Positions 38,713 through 48,572 are shown, counted from the first letter of the stretch. The stretch is DNA of 64,000 bases from an uncultured Spirochaetota bacterium (GCA_963734545.1 CAVTHO010000010.1:128001-192000), one strand, 5' to 3'. Numbers and translations: made by a program. Notes: generated from the sequence alone by a model not told the origin.

Positions 38713-39285
38713 CTACGCGCTCGCGATTTTCATCCCCAGCTCGAACGCCTGGCTCATGAGGGCCTTGTTCTTGCGGACTTCTCCCGGCGCGTTCGCGCTG
38801 CCGTAGACCATCCCCTCGATCGGCGCTTTCATGAATCCGAAGGCGTCTCGGAATGCATAGATGGCGTTCACCGCTCCGGAGGCCAGCGGATCCACGTCCT
38901 GGTAGGTGAGGACAACGCCGATCCTTTTTCCCGCCATGCCGTGTCCGTCGGGACCGATGAAGGCATAGAGACGGTCCATGAAGAGCTTGGTCTGCGCCGA
39001 CATCGTGAACCAGTACACGGGGGAAGCGATGACGAGGGCATCCGCCTCCCGGAGCCGGGGGTAGATGCCCCGCATCCCGTCACGCTGGACGCACGTGAAG
39101 TTCTTGTTTCGCTGGCAGGCATCGCAGGCGCGGCACGGCCTCAGGTCCATCCCGTGCAGGCGGATCGTCTCGGGGGCTCCTCCGGACTTCCTGACCCCCT
39201 GTGCAACGCGTTCGCCCAGGGTTGCGCTGTTGCCGCGCGCCCGCGGGCTGCCGAGGACGATCAGCACTTTCTTCCGTTTCATCAC
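38713..39285 (-). CDS. Flavodoxin family / iron-sulfur flavoprotein (NADPH-dependent FMN reductase-like)
   Basis: GSPRARGNS, CRACDAC...C, ASPVYW, K.FMDR. Confidence 0.9.
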   Translation of the reverse strand: MMKRKKVLIVLGSPRARGNSATLGERVAQGVRKSGGAPETIRLHGMDLRPCRACDACQRNKNFTCVQRDGMRGIYPRLREADALVIASPVYWFTMSAQTKLFMDRLYAFIGPDGHGMAGKRIGVVLTYQDVDPLASGAVNAIYAFRDAFGFMKAPIEGMVYGSANAPGEVRKNKALMSQAFELGMKIASA

Positions 39286-39425
39286 CTTCTCCCCCCGGGA
39301 ACCAGTATCTCCCGGCTCCGCCGGTTGTCAAGCTGAAGCAGGCTGGCCGCCTGCCAGTAGACTGGAGCTCAACGGCCGCCGCCTGTGACTGCTGCACTCC
39401 AGGCGGCGCCGGTGTAGAATACGTC

Positions 39426-41276
39426 ATGAGGAAGCTGTCTCTGCAGGTGGCGGCGTGTCTGTTGATTGCTCCCGTCGCCTTCGCGCAGGACTTCTTCGAC
39501 CTCGTCAAATCAGGAACGTCCGAGCAGGTACAAGCCGCACTATCAAATGGCGCGAACATCGAGGACAGGAATGCGAGCGGCCTTACGCCCCTGATGTGGG
39601 CGGCAATGGGAAACCCGAACCCCGCGGTCATCACGACTCTGCTGGAGAGCGGGGCCAGGGTCGATGACCGCAACGGCACGACTGCCTTGATGTGGGCGGC
39701 AATGGGAAACCCGAATCCCGCGGTCATTACGACTCTGCTGGAGAACGGGGCCAGGGTCGATGACCGCAACAATGACGGGCTCACAGCCTTGATGTGGGCG
39801 GCAATGGGAAACCCGAACCCGGAGATCATTACGACTCTGCTGGAGAACGGGGCCAGGGTCGACGACCACAACGAGGGAGGCCTCACGCCCCTGATGTGGG
39901 CGGCAATGAGGAATCCGAATCCCGCAATCATCACGACTCTGGTGGAGAACGGGGCCAGGGTCGACGACCGCGATGGGCAGGGCACGACAGCTTCAATGTG
40001 GGCGGCAATCGGCAATCCGAATCCGGAGATCATCACGGCCCTGCTGCAAAACGGTGCCAGGATCGACGACCGCAACAAGGGCGGCCTCACGCCCCTGATG
40101 TGGGCGGCGGAGTTCAATCCGAATCCTGGGATCATCACGACCCTGTTGAACAACGGGGCCACGATCGACGACCGCAACGAGGGCGGCCTCACGCCGTTGT
40201 TGGGAGCGGCGGAGTTCAATCCGAACCCCGAGGTCGTCAAGACACTCCTGGACAATGGGGCCAGGGTCGATGACCGCGATGCGCACGGCACGACGGCCCT
40301 GATGCTGGCTGCGATGAGCAATCGGAATCCTGAGGTTACTGCGACGCTGCTGTCGAACGGAGCCAGGGTCGATGACCGCGATGAGCACGGGACGACGGCC
40401 TTGATGTGGACGGCAAAGAGCAACTCGAATCCCGCGATCATCACCACGCTGCTGGCGAATGGCGCGACGGACGAGGTTGGCGATACGCTGTGGATGGCAA
40501 TGAGGAACTCGGACCCCGATATCATTGCGCCTCTGCTGGAGAATGGGGCCAAGATCAGCTACCGGGACAAGGATGGCGTGACACCGTTGATGCGGGCGGC
40601 ATGGTACAACCCGAATCCTGCGGTCATCGCGACCCTTGTGGAAAACGGGGCGAAGGTCGGCGACCGGTCAAAAAGAGGCTGGACAGCCCTGATGTACGCG
40701 GCACAGTTCAATGCGAACTCCGAGGTCATCACGACTCTGGTGGAAAACGGGGCAATTGTCGGCGACCGGGACAGGAACGGCTTCACGCCCTTGATGCTGG
40801 CGTCACGGGGCAACCGGAACCCCAAGGTCATCGCCGCTCTCCTCACGAACGGCGCGGCGGTTGAAAGCCGAAACAAGTTCGGTTGGACGCCGTTGATGTA
40901 TGCGGCCAGAGACAATCCCGGCCCGGAGGCCGTCACGATCCTCGTGAGGAGCGGAGCGAAGACGAACGACAAGGACAAGAATGGCGTCACACCCCTGATG
41001 TGGGCAGCAATGAGAAACGCGAATCCCGACGTCATCGCGAGCCTCGTGAAGAGTGGCGCAAAGCTTGACGACCGGGACGCGAGCGGCCGGACAGCCCTGA
41101 TGTGGGCGGCAGTGGCCAACCGGAATCCGGAGGTCATCACGGCCTTGTTGAAGGCCGGGGCAGATCCTCGGATGAAATCGAACGAAGGTCAGACTGCCTT
41201 CGATTATGCCGCGCACAACAGCAGGCTGAGGGGTTCTGACGCTTACCGGGAACTGCGCGCGGGTCGAAAGCCGTAG
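39426..41276 (+). CDS. Secreted ankyrin-repeat protein (16 repeats plus caps)
   Basis: Signal peptide ...PVAFA-QD; repeated GxTPLMWAA..NPNP.VI..LL..GA.VDDR units of about 34 aa. Confidence 0.93.
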   Translation: MRKLSLQVAACLLIAPVAFAQDFFDLVKSGTSEQVQAALSNGANIEDRNASGLTPLMWAAMGNPNPAVITTLLESGARVDDRNGTTALMWAAMGNPNPAVITTLLENGARVDDRNNDGLTALMWAAMGNPNPEIITTLLENGARVDDHNEGGLTPLMWAAMRNPNPAIITTLVENGARVDDRDGQGTTASMWAAIGNPNPEIITALLQNGARIDDRNKGGLTPLMWAAEFNPNPGIITTLLNNGATIDDRNEGGLTPLLGAAEFNPNPEVVKTLLDNGARVDDRDAHGTTALMLAAMSNRNPEVTATLLSNGARVDDRDEHGTTALMWTAKSNSNPAIITTLLANGATDEVGDTLWMAMRNSDPDIIAPLLENGAKISYRDKDGVTPLMRAAWYNPNPAVIATLVENGAKVGDRSKRGWTALMYAAQFNANSEVITTLVENGAIVGDRDRNGFTPLMLASRGNRNPKVIAALLTNGAAVESRNKFGWTPLMYAARDNPGPEAVTILVRSGAKTNDKDKNGVTPLMWAAMRNANPDVIASLVKSGAKLDDRDASGRTALMWAAVANRNPEVITALLKAGADPRMKSNEGQTAFDYAAHNSRLRGSDAYRELRAGRKP

Positions 41277-41358
41277 GGCCGGGATGATCCTGGCGGAGAC
41301 CTTCGCGCCGCCGAGACGGCAGGCACCCCGGCGGCGCGAGCTGCAGCACAGAAGGGGC

Positions 41359-41889
41359 TCAGCGCCTGAAGCCGTTGCCCCCATAGCCGTACTGCGTGAG
41401 CTGCACCGCCTTCGACAGGTCGGCGCTCTTGGGGCTGTACCACAGGTTGCCCGAGAGCCTCTTCCCGGAGCCGATCATGGCGAAGGCGCCCAGGTCCCGG
41501 ACGCGTGGGATAGCCCTGATCACCAGGTCGGTGCCGATGATAATCACATCGTAGTGGTAATTTATGTCCTTCACGGGGTTCATTGTAAGGCCCAGTGTGC
41601 CGCCCCCGGGTGCTTTCACGCCCTTGACCAGCTCGGCGAGCGTGCACAGGCGTCCCGGGCCCGAATCCGCGTTGATGCAGTCCTGCTCGAGGCCCCAGAT
41701 GCCGTACACGAAGAGGAATGCCACCTGCTCGCCGGGCTGAAGGGTGAGCACCTCCTCGTCTCCGTATTTGAGCTCCTCGAACTTTGTGCCGTCAGGCACG
41801 GAGACGGGGGAAGGCGCTGCCTGCGCCATGGCCGGCAGTACGAGCATGAGGCAGAGAACAGCGAGCACGTGTCCGAGTCGAATACGCAT
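41359..41889 (-). CDS. Hypothetical exported protein
   Basis: AAGGAG RBS, signal peptide ...PAMAQA, 176 aa, no recognisable family. Confidence 0.7.
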   Translation of the reverse strand: MRIRLGHVLAVLCLMLVLPAMAQAAPSPVSVPDGTKFEELKYGDEEVLTLQPGEQVAFLFVYGIWGLEQDCINADSGPGRLCTLAELVKGVKAPGGGTLGLTMNPVKDINYHYDVIIIGTDLVIRAIPRVRDLGAFAMIGSGKRLSGNLWYSPKSADLSKAVQLTQYGYGGNGFRR

Positions 41890-42037
41890 CGATCAGCTCC
41901 TTTTGTCCAGATTCTAGTGTCATGATTCTATGCGACAACCGGTTTGCCCGCAAGCTGATAAAGGAGCGGAGGGCGGATTGTCCGGTGTTGGATTAGAAGA
42001 CCTTTCTTGTCATAATACGGCATTTCCGGGAGGTTTC

Positions 42038-42700
42038 ATGCTCGCCCTCGAAGGGATCTGCAAATCCTACCCCATGGGCTCGGGCAGGCTGGAGGTGCTC
42101 AAAGGCATCGACCTTCGCGTCGAGGCCGGGGAGTTCGTTTCGGTAATGGGCGCCTCGGGCTCCGGGAAGTCCACCCTGCTGAACGTCATCGGAATCCTGG
42201 ACGACTATGACAGCGGGGAGTACCGCCTGCAGGGCACGCTCATCAAAGACTTGACCGCGGCAAGGGCGGCTTTTTTCCGAAACCGCTACCTGGGCTTCAT
42301 CTTCCAGGCATTCAATCTCCTTGCATTCAAGAACGCGCAGGAAAATGTGGCGCTGCCCCTTTACTACCGGAAAGTGGGGAGAAAGGAGCGCAACCGGATC
42401 GCCCTGGATTACCTTGAACGAGTGGGCCTCAGGGACTGGGCGGAGCACACCCCCTCCCAGCTCTCGGGTGGAGAGAATCAGAGGGTCGCCATCGCCAGAG
42501 CGCTTGTCACGGGCCCCAGGATCATCCTGGCCGATGAGCCCACCGGAGCCCTGGACTCCCAGACCTCGGAGGAGATCGTCAGGCTGCTGCGGGATATCAA
42601 CAGGGAAGGAGTCACCATCATCATCGTGACGCATGAGCACGAGGTCGCCCGGATGACGGACCGGATCGTGAGGATCAAGGACGGGAGGATCGAGGGGTGA
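42038..42700 (+). CDS. ABC ATP-binding protein (MacB/LolD-type)
   Basis: GASGSGKST, FQAFNL, LSGGENQR, LADEPTGALD, VTHE. Confidence 0.95.
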   Translation: MLALEGICKSYPMGSGRLEVLKGIDLRVEAGEFVSVMGASGSGKSTLLNVIGILDDYDSGEYRLQGTLIKDLTAARAAFFRNRYLGFIFQAFNLLAFKNAQENVALPLYYRKVGRKERNRIALDYLERVGLRDWAEHTPSQLSGGENQRVAIARALVTGPRIILADEPTGALDSQTSEEIVRLLRDINREGVTIIIVTHEHEVARMTDRIVRIKDGRIEG

Positions 42701-43956
42701 GCATGTTGTGGGACGCGGACGAGTGGCAGGAGATCCTCTCCGGTCTGAAGAAACACAAGCTGCGAACCGCCCTGACAGCCTTCGGCGTGTTCTGGGGAAT
42801 CTTCATGCTGGTGCTCCTGATCGGAATCGGCAACGGTCTTGAGACCGGCGTGATGCGGCAATTCGAGGATCTGGCCGTCAACACCCTCTATGTATGGTCC
42901 GACAGGACCTCCATCCCCTACAAGGGATTGAAGGCCGGCCGCTGGTTCCCCCTGACCAACGAGGATACGGGGGCTCTGCAAGCCTCCTTTCCCGAGATCC
43001 AGAACATTTCTCCTCAATTGAACCTGTGGGGCGATTATACGGTGGACCGCAAGGACAAGAGCAGCTCCTTCCGTGTTTCCGGCGTCGGACCGGAGTATCT
43101 CAGGATCAGGGCCACCCGGATAGAAAAGGGACGGCCGTTCAACCTCCTCGACATGGAGAGAAAACGCAAGGTGGCGGTGATCGGCACCCGGGTGCGGGAG
43201 GTGCTGTTCGCAAACGGCGAGGATCCGCTGGGCCAGTACATCAAGATCAAAGGGGTGTACTTCCAGGTCGTCGGCCTGCTGGGGACCAGGGCGGTCGGCG
43301 GCAACCGCGAAGAGGCGGAGACCATCGCCATTCCCTTTTCCACCATGCAGCAGGCCTTCAACATGAAGAATTGGGTCCACTTCTACGTCATGAACGTCAA
43401 GACGGGCCGTCCCCTGACGGAGGTGGAGAGCCGGATCAAGAGCTTTCTCGCCCTTCGCCACGAAGTCTCTCCGCAGGATCCCCGGGCCATCGGGTCCTGG
43501 AACAATGCCCGTGAGTTCAACAGCCTGAAGGGGCTCTTCGGGGGCGTCAACATTTTCATCTGGATCGTGGGCATAGGCACCATCGTGGCCGGGATCGTGG
43601 GAGTGAGCAACATCATGCTGATCATCGTCAAGGAGCGTACCCGCGAGATCGGGATCCGCATGGCCGTGGGTGCGACGCCCGGCTCGATCATCGGCATGAT
43701 CATCCGCGAGTCGGTCCTGATCACCTCGGTTTCAGGGTATCTGGGCATGGTGGCGGGAGTGGGCGTGATCGAGCTTGTCAGCCGTCTGATGAACACCTTC
43801 AGGATGCAGAACCAGTATTTCTCCAATCCCTACGTCGATATTCGCATTGCGATCACGGCCACGGTCCTTCTGGTCCTGGCCGGGACGGCCGCCGGGTTCT
43901 TTCCCGCCCTGAGGGCGGCCGGAATCAAGCCCATTGAGGCTCTGAAAGAGGAATAA
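42697..43956 (+). CDS. ABC permease (MacB/FtsX-type)
   Basis: LRTALTAFGVFWG, GVSNIML..KERTREIGIR, PALRAA.IKPIEAL. Confidence 0.93.
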   Translation: MSMLWDADEWQEILSGLKKHKLRTALTAFGVFWGIFMLVLLIGIGNGLETGVMRQFEDLAVNTLYVWSDRTSIPYKGLKAGRWFPLTNEDTGALQASFPEIQNISPQLNLWGDYTVDRKDKSSSFRVSGVGPEYLRIRATRIEKGRPFNLLDMERKRKVAVIGTRVREVLFANGEDPLGQYIKIKGVYFQVVGLLGTRAVGGNREEAETIAIPFSTMQQAFNMKNWVHFYVMNVKTGRPLTEVESRIKSFLALRHEVSPQDPRAIGSWNNAREFNSLKGLFGGVNIFIWIVGIGTIVAGIVGVSNIMLIIVKERTREIGIRMAVGATPGSIIGMIIRESVLITSVSGYLGMVAGVGVIELVSRLMNTFRMQNQYFSNPYVDIRIAITATVLLVLAGTAAGFFPALRAAGIKPIEALKEE

Positions 43957-43962
43957 TCCCTT

Positions 43963-45069
43963 ATGAAAAAGTTCGGCGGGCGCATCATCGGGATCCTGCT
44001 TCTCGTTCTTTTCCTTGCCACGCTGGCATTCCTGGTCAGCAAGTCACGCAAACCCGCGGTCGTATATGAAAGCGAGAAGCCCGAGGTCATGGATATCGTG
44101 GAGAAGACGGTGACCACGGGATCGATCGTCCCCAAGAAGGAGATCACGGTGAAGTCCCGGATGTCCGGGATAATCAATGAGGTCTTCGTCGAACCCGGGG
44201 ACAAGGTAAAGACCGGGGATCCCATCATTTCGATCAAGGTGGTGCCGGACAACGTCAACCTGAACAAGGCGGAAATGGACTTGAAGAAGGCGCGGATCGC
44301 CCTCGAAAAGGCTCAAGCCGATTTATCGAGACAGGAAGGGCTGCATACGGGAGAGGTCATCGCTGACGCGGAATTGGAAAAATACACCGTGGCCTACCGG
44401 CTGGCCAAAGAGGACGTGGATTGGGCGGAGAACAATCTGCTCCTGCTCAAGGAAGGGGCGTCAAAAAAAGCGGGCCAGGTTTCCAACGTCGTATTCTCGC
44501 CGTCCGCGGGCACCATATTGGAGGTGCCGGTGAAACCGGGAGGATCGGTGATAGAAAGCAACAACTTCAACGAGGGAACCACCATCGCCTCCATCGCGGA
44601 CATGGGGAACCTCGTCTTCGAGGGGCAATTGGACGAATCAGAGATCGGCAAGGTGCGGCCGGGGATGGAGTTGATCATCTCCGTCGCCGCCCTTTCAGAG
44701 GCCAGGCTGTCGGCCCGCCTGGATTTCATTGCCCCCAAGGGGGTGGTGAACCAGGGCTCGGTCCAGTTCGACATCAAGGCCCATATTTCACCTCCGCCGG
44801 GACTGCTCCTTCGCGCGGGCTACAGCGCCAGCGCCGACATCGTCCTGGGCAGAGCGGAAAAGGCGCTCACCGTGCGGGAGCAGAACGTCCTTTTCGAGGA
44901 AGACAAGACCTTCGTCGAGGTGGGAACCGGGGGCAACCAGTTCAGCCGGCGCGAAGTGACCCTCGGATTGTCCGACGGCATCCACGTCCAGATCAAATCC
45001 GGGCTCTCCGCCGGAGAGTCCATCAAGGTCCAGACCGTGAGCGAGAAAGTCAGATCCCCTGCGTCATGA
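43963..45069 (+). CDS. Efflux periplasmic adaptor (MFP, MacA-like)
   Basis: N-terminal TM; lipoyl motifs SGII.EV.V.PGD.VK.G and SPSAGTIL; coiled coil; GLSDG. Confidence 0.9.
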   Translation: MKKFGGRIIGILLLVLFLATLAFLVSKSRKPAVVYESEKPEVMDIVEKTVTTGSIVPKKEITVKSRMSGIINEVFVEPGDKVKTGDPIISIKVVPDNVNLNKAEMDLKKARIALEKAQADLSRQEGLHTGEVIADAELEKYTVAYRLAKEDVDWAENNLLLLKEGASKKAGQVSNVVFSPSAGTILEVPVKPGGSVIESNNFNEGTTIASIADMGNLVFEGQLDESEIGKVRPGMELIISVAALSEARLSARLDFIAPKGVVNQGSVQFDIKAHISPPPGLLLRAGYSASADIVLGRAEKALTVREQNVLFEEDKTFVEVGTGGNQFSRREVTLGLSDGIHVQIKSGLSAGESIKVQTVSEKVRSPAS

Positions 45070-45119
45070 TGCCGCGGTGCATACACACACGCCGCGGGAA
45101 TTGCTGAAAGGAATGCACG

Positions 45120-46484
45120 ATGAGTAAAGTTGCGTTGCTCGCGGCGGCACTTGCTCTTGCGCCCCTGCTCGCGGCGTTCGCCCAGGAGACGACGCCGGAG
45201 GCGGCTGCGGAAGCCGCCCTGGCCCAGGAGGCCGCCCTGGGGGTCGATGCGGCTGTGACGCTGGCCGTCGCCAACAACCTGTCGCTGAAGTCAGGGCGCA
45301 TCACACTCGGCAAAGCGGCGCGGGCCCGGAACAACGTCTGGAACACCTGGCTGCCCTCGATCGACGCCTCGGTTGCCCTCAATCGGTTCAATGAAGAGCC
45401 TTCCGTTCCGGGATTATCGCCGTGGTACATGGCCTTCCAGGTGGAGGCCAGCCTGCCCCTTTCGCTGGCCAGGGTGGAATCCGTCAACGCCACGGTCCTG
45501 AGCTACGAGTCCGGGCAGATCGACTACGAGACCGCGGAAAAACAACTGGAGCGGGACGTGCGCAAGGCCTTCTATGGCCTGCTCCTGTCCCGGGAGAGCA
45601 TCCGACTTGCCGAACAGCAGCTCGCCACGGCGGAAAAGCAATATCAGAAAGCGTTGAAGAATTTCCAGGCCGGCCTGACGCGGAAGCTCGACACGCTGAG
45701 CGCGCAGGTGTCCGCGGAGAATCTCAAACCGGCCCTGGAAGAGCAAAGGGTCTCCTATGCCACTTCCCTGATGAGCTTCCAGCTCCTTTTAGGTTTGGCG
45801 CCATCGGAGCAGCTTGCCCTTCAGGGCACGATAGAGGCCGAGGCCCATCATTTCGATCCTCTGGAGCTTTCCGGAAGCTACATGAACGGCAGGCTGGACG
45901 TGAAGAGCCTGGAGAAGCAGATCGAGATCATGGAGAACCGCAAGAGGCTGCAGGAGCGCTCCGCCTTCACGCCCACGCTGTCGGCTTCCGCCTCCTACGC
46001 GCCCACGATCAACGATCCCTTTGCATTCAAATGGGGTAATGGAAGTGATTGGACCGACAACGGCAAGGTGACCCTGGCTCTCACGATCCCCCTCGACGGG
46101 TTCATCCCGGGTTCAGCGGACCGGGTCGCGGCAGCCTCGGCTCAAGACGACGTCGAGAACGCGCGTATCGCCCTCCAACAGGCCCGTCAGAAGGCGGACG
46201 TGGAGATCAAATCCGCCGTGCTTGCATTGGAAAAATCCCTGCGCACAATGCAGGCGCTCGAGCTCAACGTTGCCCGGGCCCAGGAGGCTTATGATTTGAC
46301 CGACACCTCGTACAATGCAGGCACGGTGGAGCTGTTGGAGGTGCAGAACGCCTCCGATGAGCTGCAGAAGGCGAACCTTCTGCTGTTGACGGAAAAATAC
46401 AACTATCTCTCCGGTCTGATCGACCTTGCCTACTCATTGAATACCACTTTGAGCGATCTGGTGGAAAAGCACGGCCGCCAATAA
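45120..46484 (+). CDS. TolC-family outer membrane efflux protein
   Basis: Signal peptide, two OEP-like repeats (V.KAFY.LL, Y.AG....LEV..A); follows the MFP gene. Confidence 0.88.
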   Translation: MSKVALLAAALALAPLLAAFAQETTPEAAAEAALAQEAALGVDAAVTLAVANNLSLKSGRITLGKAARARNNVWNTWLPSIDASVALNRFNEEPSVPGLSPWYMAFQVEASLPLSLARVESVNATVLSYESGQIDYETAEKQLERDVRKAFYGLLLSRESIRLAEQQLATAEKQYQKALKNFQAGLTRKLDTLSAQVSAENLKPALEEQRVSYATSLMSFQLLLGLAPSEQLALQGTIEAEAHHFDPLELSGSYMNGRLDVKSLEKQIEIMENRKRLQERSAFTPTLSASASYAPTINDPFAFKWGNGSDWTDNGKVTLALTIPLDGFIPGSADRVAAASAQDDVENARIALQQARQKADVEIKSAVLALEKSLRTMQALELNVARAQEAYDLTDTSYNAGTVELLEVQNASDELQKANLLLLTEKYNYLSGLIDLAYSLNTTLSDLVEKHGRQ

Positions 46485-46595
46485 GCCCCCGGGTGTACCC
46501 CGCCCGAGAGAACACCTCGAGCTCATATATGGCGGCCACTCCCGGCGGCCGTGTGAAACGCCAGTCTCAAGCGCTTCTGGCCCGGCCGCCGTACA

Positions 46596-47045
46596 TTAGT
46601 CGCGCAGCGGGAAGTTGATCTCGGTGAGCATGTCCTCGGGCTTCGTATTCTGCGGGTCACTCATGTAGACCTCGTAGCACAGCCCCGTGGGGCTCGCCTT
46701 GTTTTCCGCAATGAAGGCCGTGATGCCGTTGTAGGTCTTTTCCAGGGTTTCATAGGGACCCTTGTGCATCGCAACCGCTGTCCGCCCGCCGGGGATCGCG
46801 CCGGGCTTCATCCGGCCTTCAGCGCGGAAAGGTACTGCCACGGGGAACCCCATCTCCACGTCCAGATCATTCATGTCCATGTTGTGGTAGATGGCGAACG
46901 GGGCGCCGACGGGCTGCACACCCTGCTTCCCGAGAAAACTCATGATCTCCCCGTACCCCTTGCCGAGCTCGCCCTGCAGGTTGGCCATCGCCGTACGGAT
47001 CCGAATGCACGCCGTGCGCTGCTCTTGCTTCTTTGTGATTTCCAT
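46596..47045 (-). CDS. GyrI-like small-molecule-binding domain protein
   Basis: GAPFAIYH, H.GPYE.L, YEVY.SDP....PE.MLTEI.FP; GGAGG RBS. Confidence 0.88.
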   Translation of the reverse strand: MEITKKQEQRTACIRIRTAMANLQGELGKGYGEIMSFLGKQGVQPVGAPFAIYHNMDMNDLDVEMGFPVAVPFRAEGRMKPGAIPGGRTAVAMHKGPYETLEKTYNGITAFIAENKASPTGLCYEVYMSDPQNTKPEDMLTEINFPLRD

Positions 47046-47113
47046 AATGCCCTCCTGGGATCGAATTGTGGCGCGCCTTCTCGCGCACCGTGTCTCGATC
47101 ATGGGGGATGCTC

Positions 47114-47133
47114 TACGACAACAGTATGTCGTA
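47114..47133. promoter_or_regulatory. Palindromic WYL-regulator operator
   Basis: TACGACA-N6-TGTCGTA perfect inverted repeat between the WYL gene and the GyrI gene. Confidence 0.75.
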
Positions 47134-47170
47134 TTCACCGGCGATTTCCGGAGTAAGAATGCGCCTCGGC

Positions 47171-48103
47171 TTACCGGTACAGTTGCAGGGTTTTCCGGCT
47201 GATCTCGGCTATTCTCTGCCGCAGCGGTGCAGGAGAGATCACCTCCACGCCATCGCCATAGCTCAGGATCATGCCGTAGAGCCAATTGTCCTCGGGGAAG
47301 TCCAGTCTCACGATCAGGGCGCCCTGCTCATCCACGGAGATGTCGGCGCTGGCAAAGTAGTCCTCGACGAACACGCGCAGCTCGGGCCTGAAGCGCAGCA
47401 CGGCCGACACGGCCGCCGGTCCCTTGTCCAGAAGGCTGTCCAGGTAGCCCTGCACGCTCACCTCCCGGCGCTTGAAGACTTCCGGCTTCAGCACGGGGTC
47501 ACGCACCCGGGAGAGCCTGAACAGGCGGAACTCCTGCCGCGACCTGCACCAGGCGAACAGGTACCAGGAGAACCACTTGAAAACGATGGCGTAGGGCTCA
47601 ACGACGCGCTTCGAGGTCTGGAGGCGCGCATTGGTGTAGGTGAAGGAGATGCACCGGTTGCGCGCCACGGCGTCCTGAACGAGCGCGAGGTGCTCTTTGC
47701 GCCGGGCAGAGAACCCCAGGGCGCTGAAGTCTATGCAGAGCCGCTCCGCTCTGTGCGCAAGCTCGGGGGAGGCTTCCTGTCGCGCGAGGCTCTTTATTTT
47801 GTCCGCCGTCTTCTGGATAGCGCCGCTTTCCAGGGAATCCGCCACGCCCTGCAACGCCGTTGTGATGAAGAACAGGTCGTCGAAAGTAAAGAACTGCCTG
47901 TCCAGCCGGAAGGTGTCCAGTATCTTGTAGCCGCCGTTGGGCCCATGGATGGCCGTCACGGGAATGCCCGCCGCGCCTATGGTATCGAGGTCACGCTGGA
48001 TGGTGCGCACCGTGACGCCGAAACGCTTTGCGAGCGCCGTGGCGCTCACGAGGTCCCTGCCCAGGAGATGGATGACGATGGAGAGAAGCCGGTCGATTTT
48101 CAT
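47171..48103 (-). CDS. YafY-family HTH-WYL-WCX transcriptional regulator
   Basis: MKIDRLL, FGVTVRTIQRD, GPNGGY, R.VEPY, WYLFAWC, FRLFRLSR, VEVISP..LR. Confidence 0.95.
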   Translation of the reverse strand: MKIDRLLSIVIHLLGRDLVSATALAKRFGVTVRTIQRDLDTIGAAGIPVTAIHGPNGGYKILDTFRLDRQFFTFDDLFFITTALQGVADSLESGAIQKTADKIKSLARQEASPELAHRAERLCIDFSALGFSARRKEHLALVQDAVARNRCISFTYTNARLQTSKRVVEPYAIVFKWFSWYLFAWCRSRQEFRLFRLSRVRDPVLKPEVFKRREVSVQGYLDSLLDKGPAAVSAVLRFRPELRVFVEDYFASADISVDEQGALIVRLDFPEDNWLYGMILSYGDGVEVISPAPLRQRIAEISRKTLQLYR

Positions 48104-48253
48104 TGCGGGACTTTCCCCCGTGGTCGCGGCCGCCGCATCTGTCCGATTCAGGGCACCATGCCTGTCGCCCCCGACGCCACGTCGCGCGTTGTGGCAGCAT
48201 CATAGAGCCGACAAACAACTCACACAAGCCTGAGAAAGCAGGTGTTCGCCTCC

Positions 48254-48463
48254 TCATGACGCACAGCAGCCACGCACGAAACCCTCGGTGATCGAAAAGA
48301 CCTCGTCCGAGGTCCAGAAGGCGTTGCCTGCGTGATCCGCGCCTTTCACCTGGTACATCTCCACCGCGTGCCCGCACTGCCTGAGCTTCTCGTAAAGGAA
48401 GACGCTCTGGCCAAACGGCACCAGCCTGTCCTTGTCGCCGTGGAGGATCAGGAATGGCGGCAA
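48254..48463 (-). pseudogene. C-terminal remnant of an alpha/beta hydrolase (esterase/peptidase)
   Basis: PPFLILHGDKDRLVP..QS and GADH supply the triad Asp and His; the nucleophile-containing N-part is absent. Confidence 0.75.
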
Positions 48464-48572
48464 GATTGACATGACTATGACCTCACTCTACAATCCTGAC
48501 GACGAGCGTCACGACGACCTCGCCACTTTCTTCCTGCCCGTCGACGAGAATCAAGCTGAGGAAAGGAATGCT

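Noticed and set aside
39570-41160. Regularly spaced ~100-bp DNA repeats as a CRISPR array
   Set aside because: They are in-frame ankyrin codons with degenerate third positions, no unique spacers and no cas genes
42038-46484. ABC-MFP-TolC operon as the type I secretion system for the RTX-containing giant protein
   Set aside because: The ABC is MacB/LolD-type with a separate FtsX-like permease, not an HlyB-type fused exporter
47171-48103. WYL gene as a marker of an anti-phage defence island
   Set aside because: It is YafY-type, paired with a GyrI-like gene; no defence genes nearby
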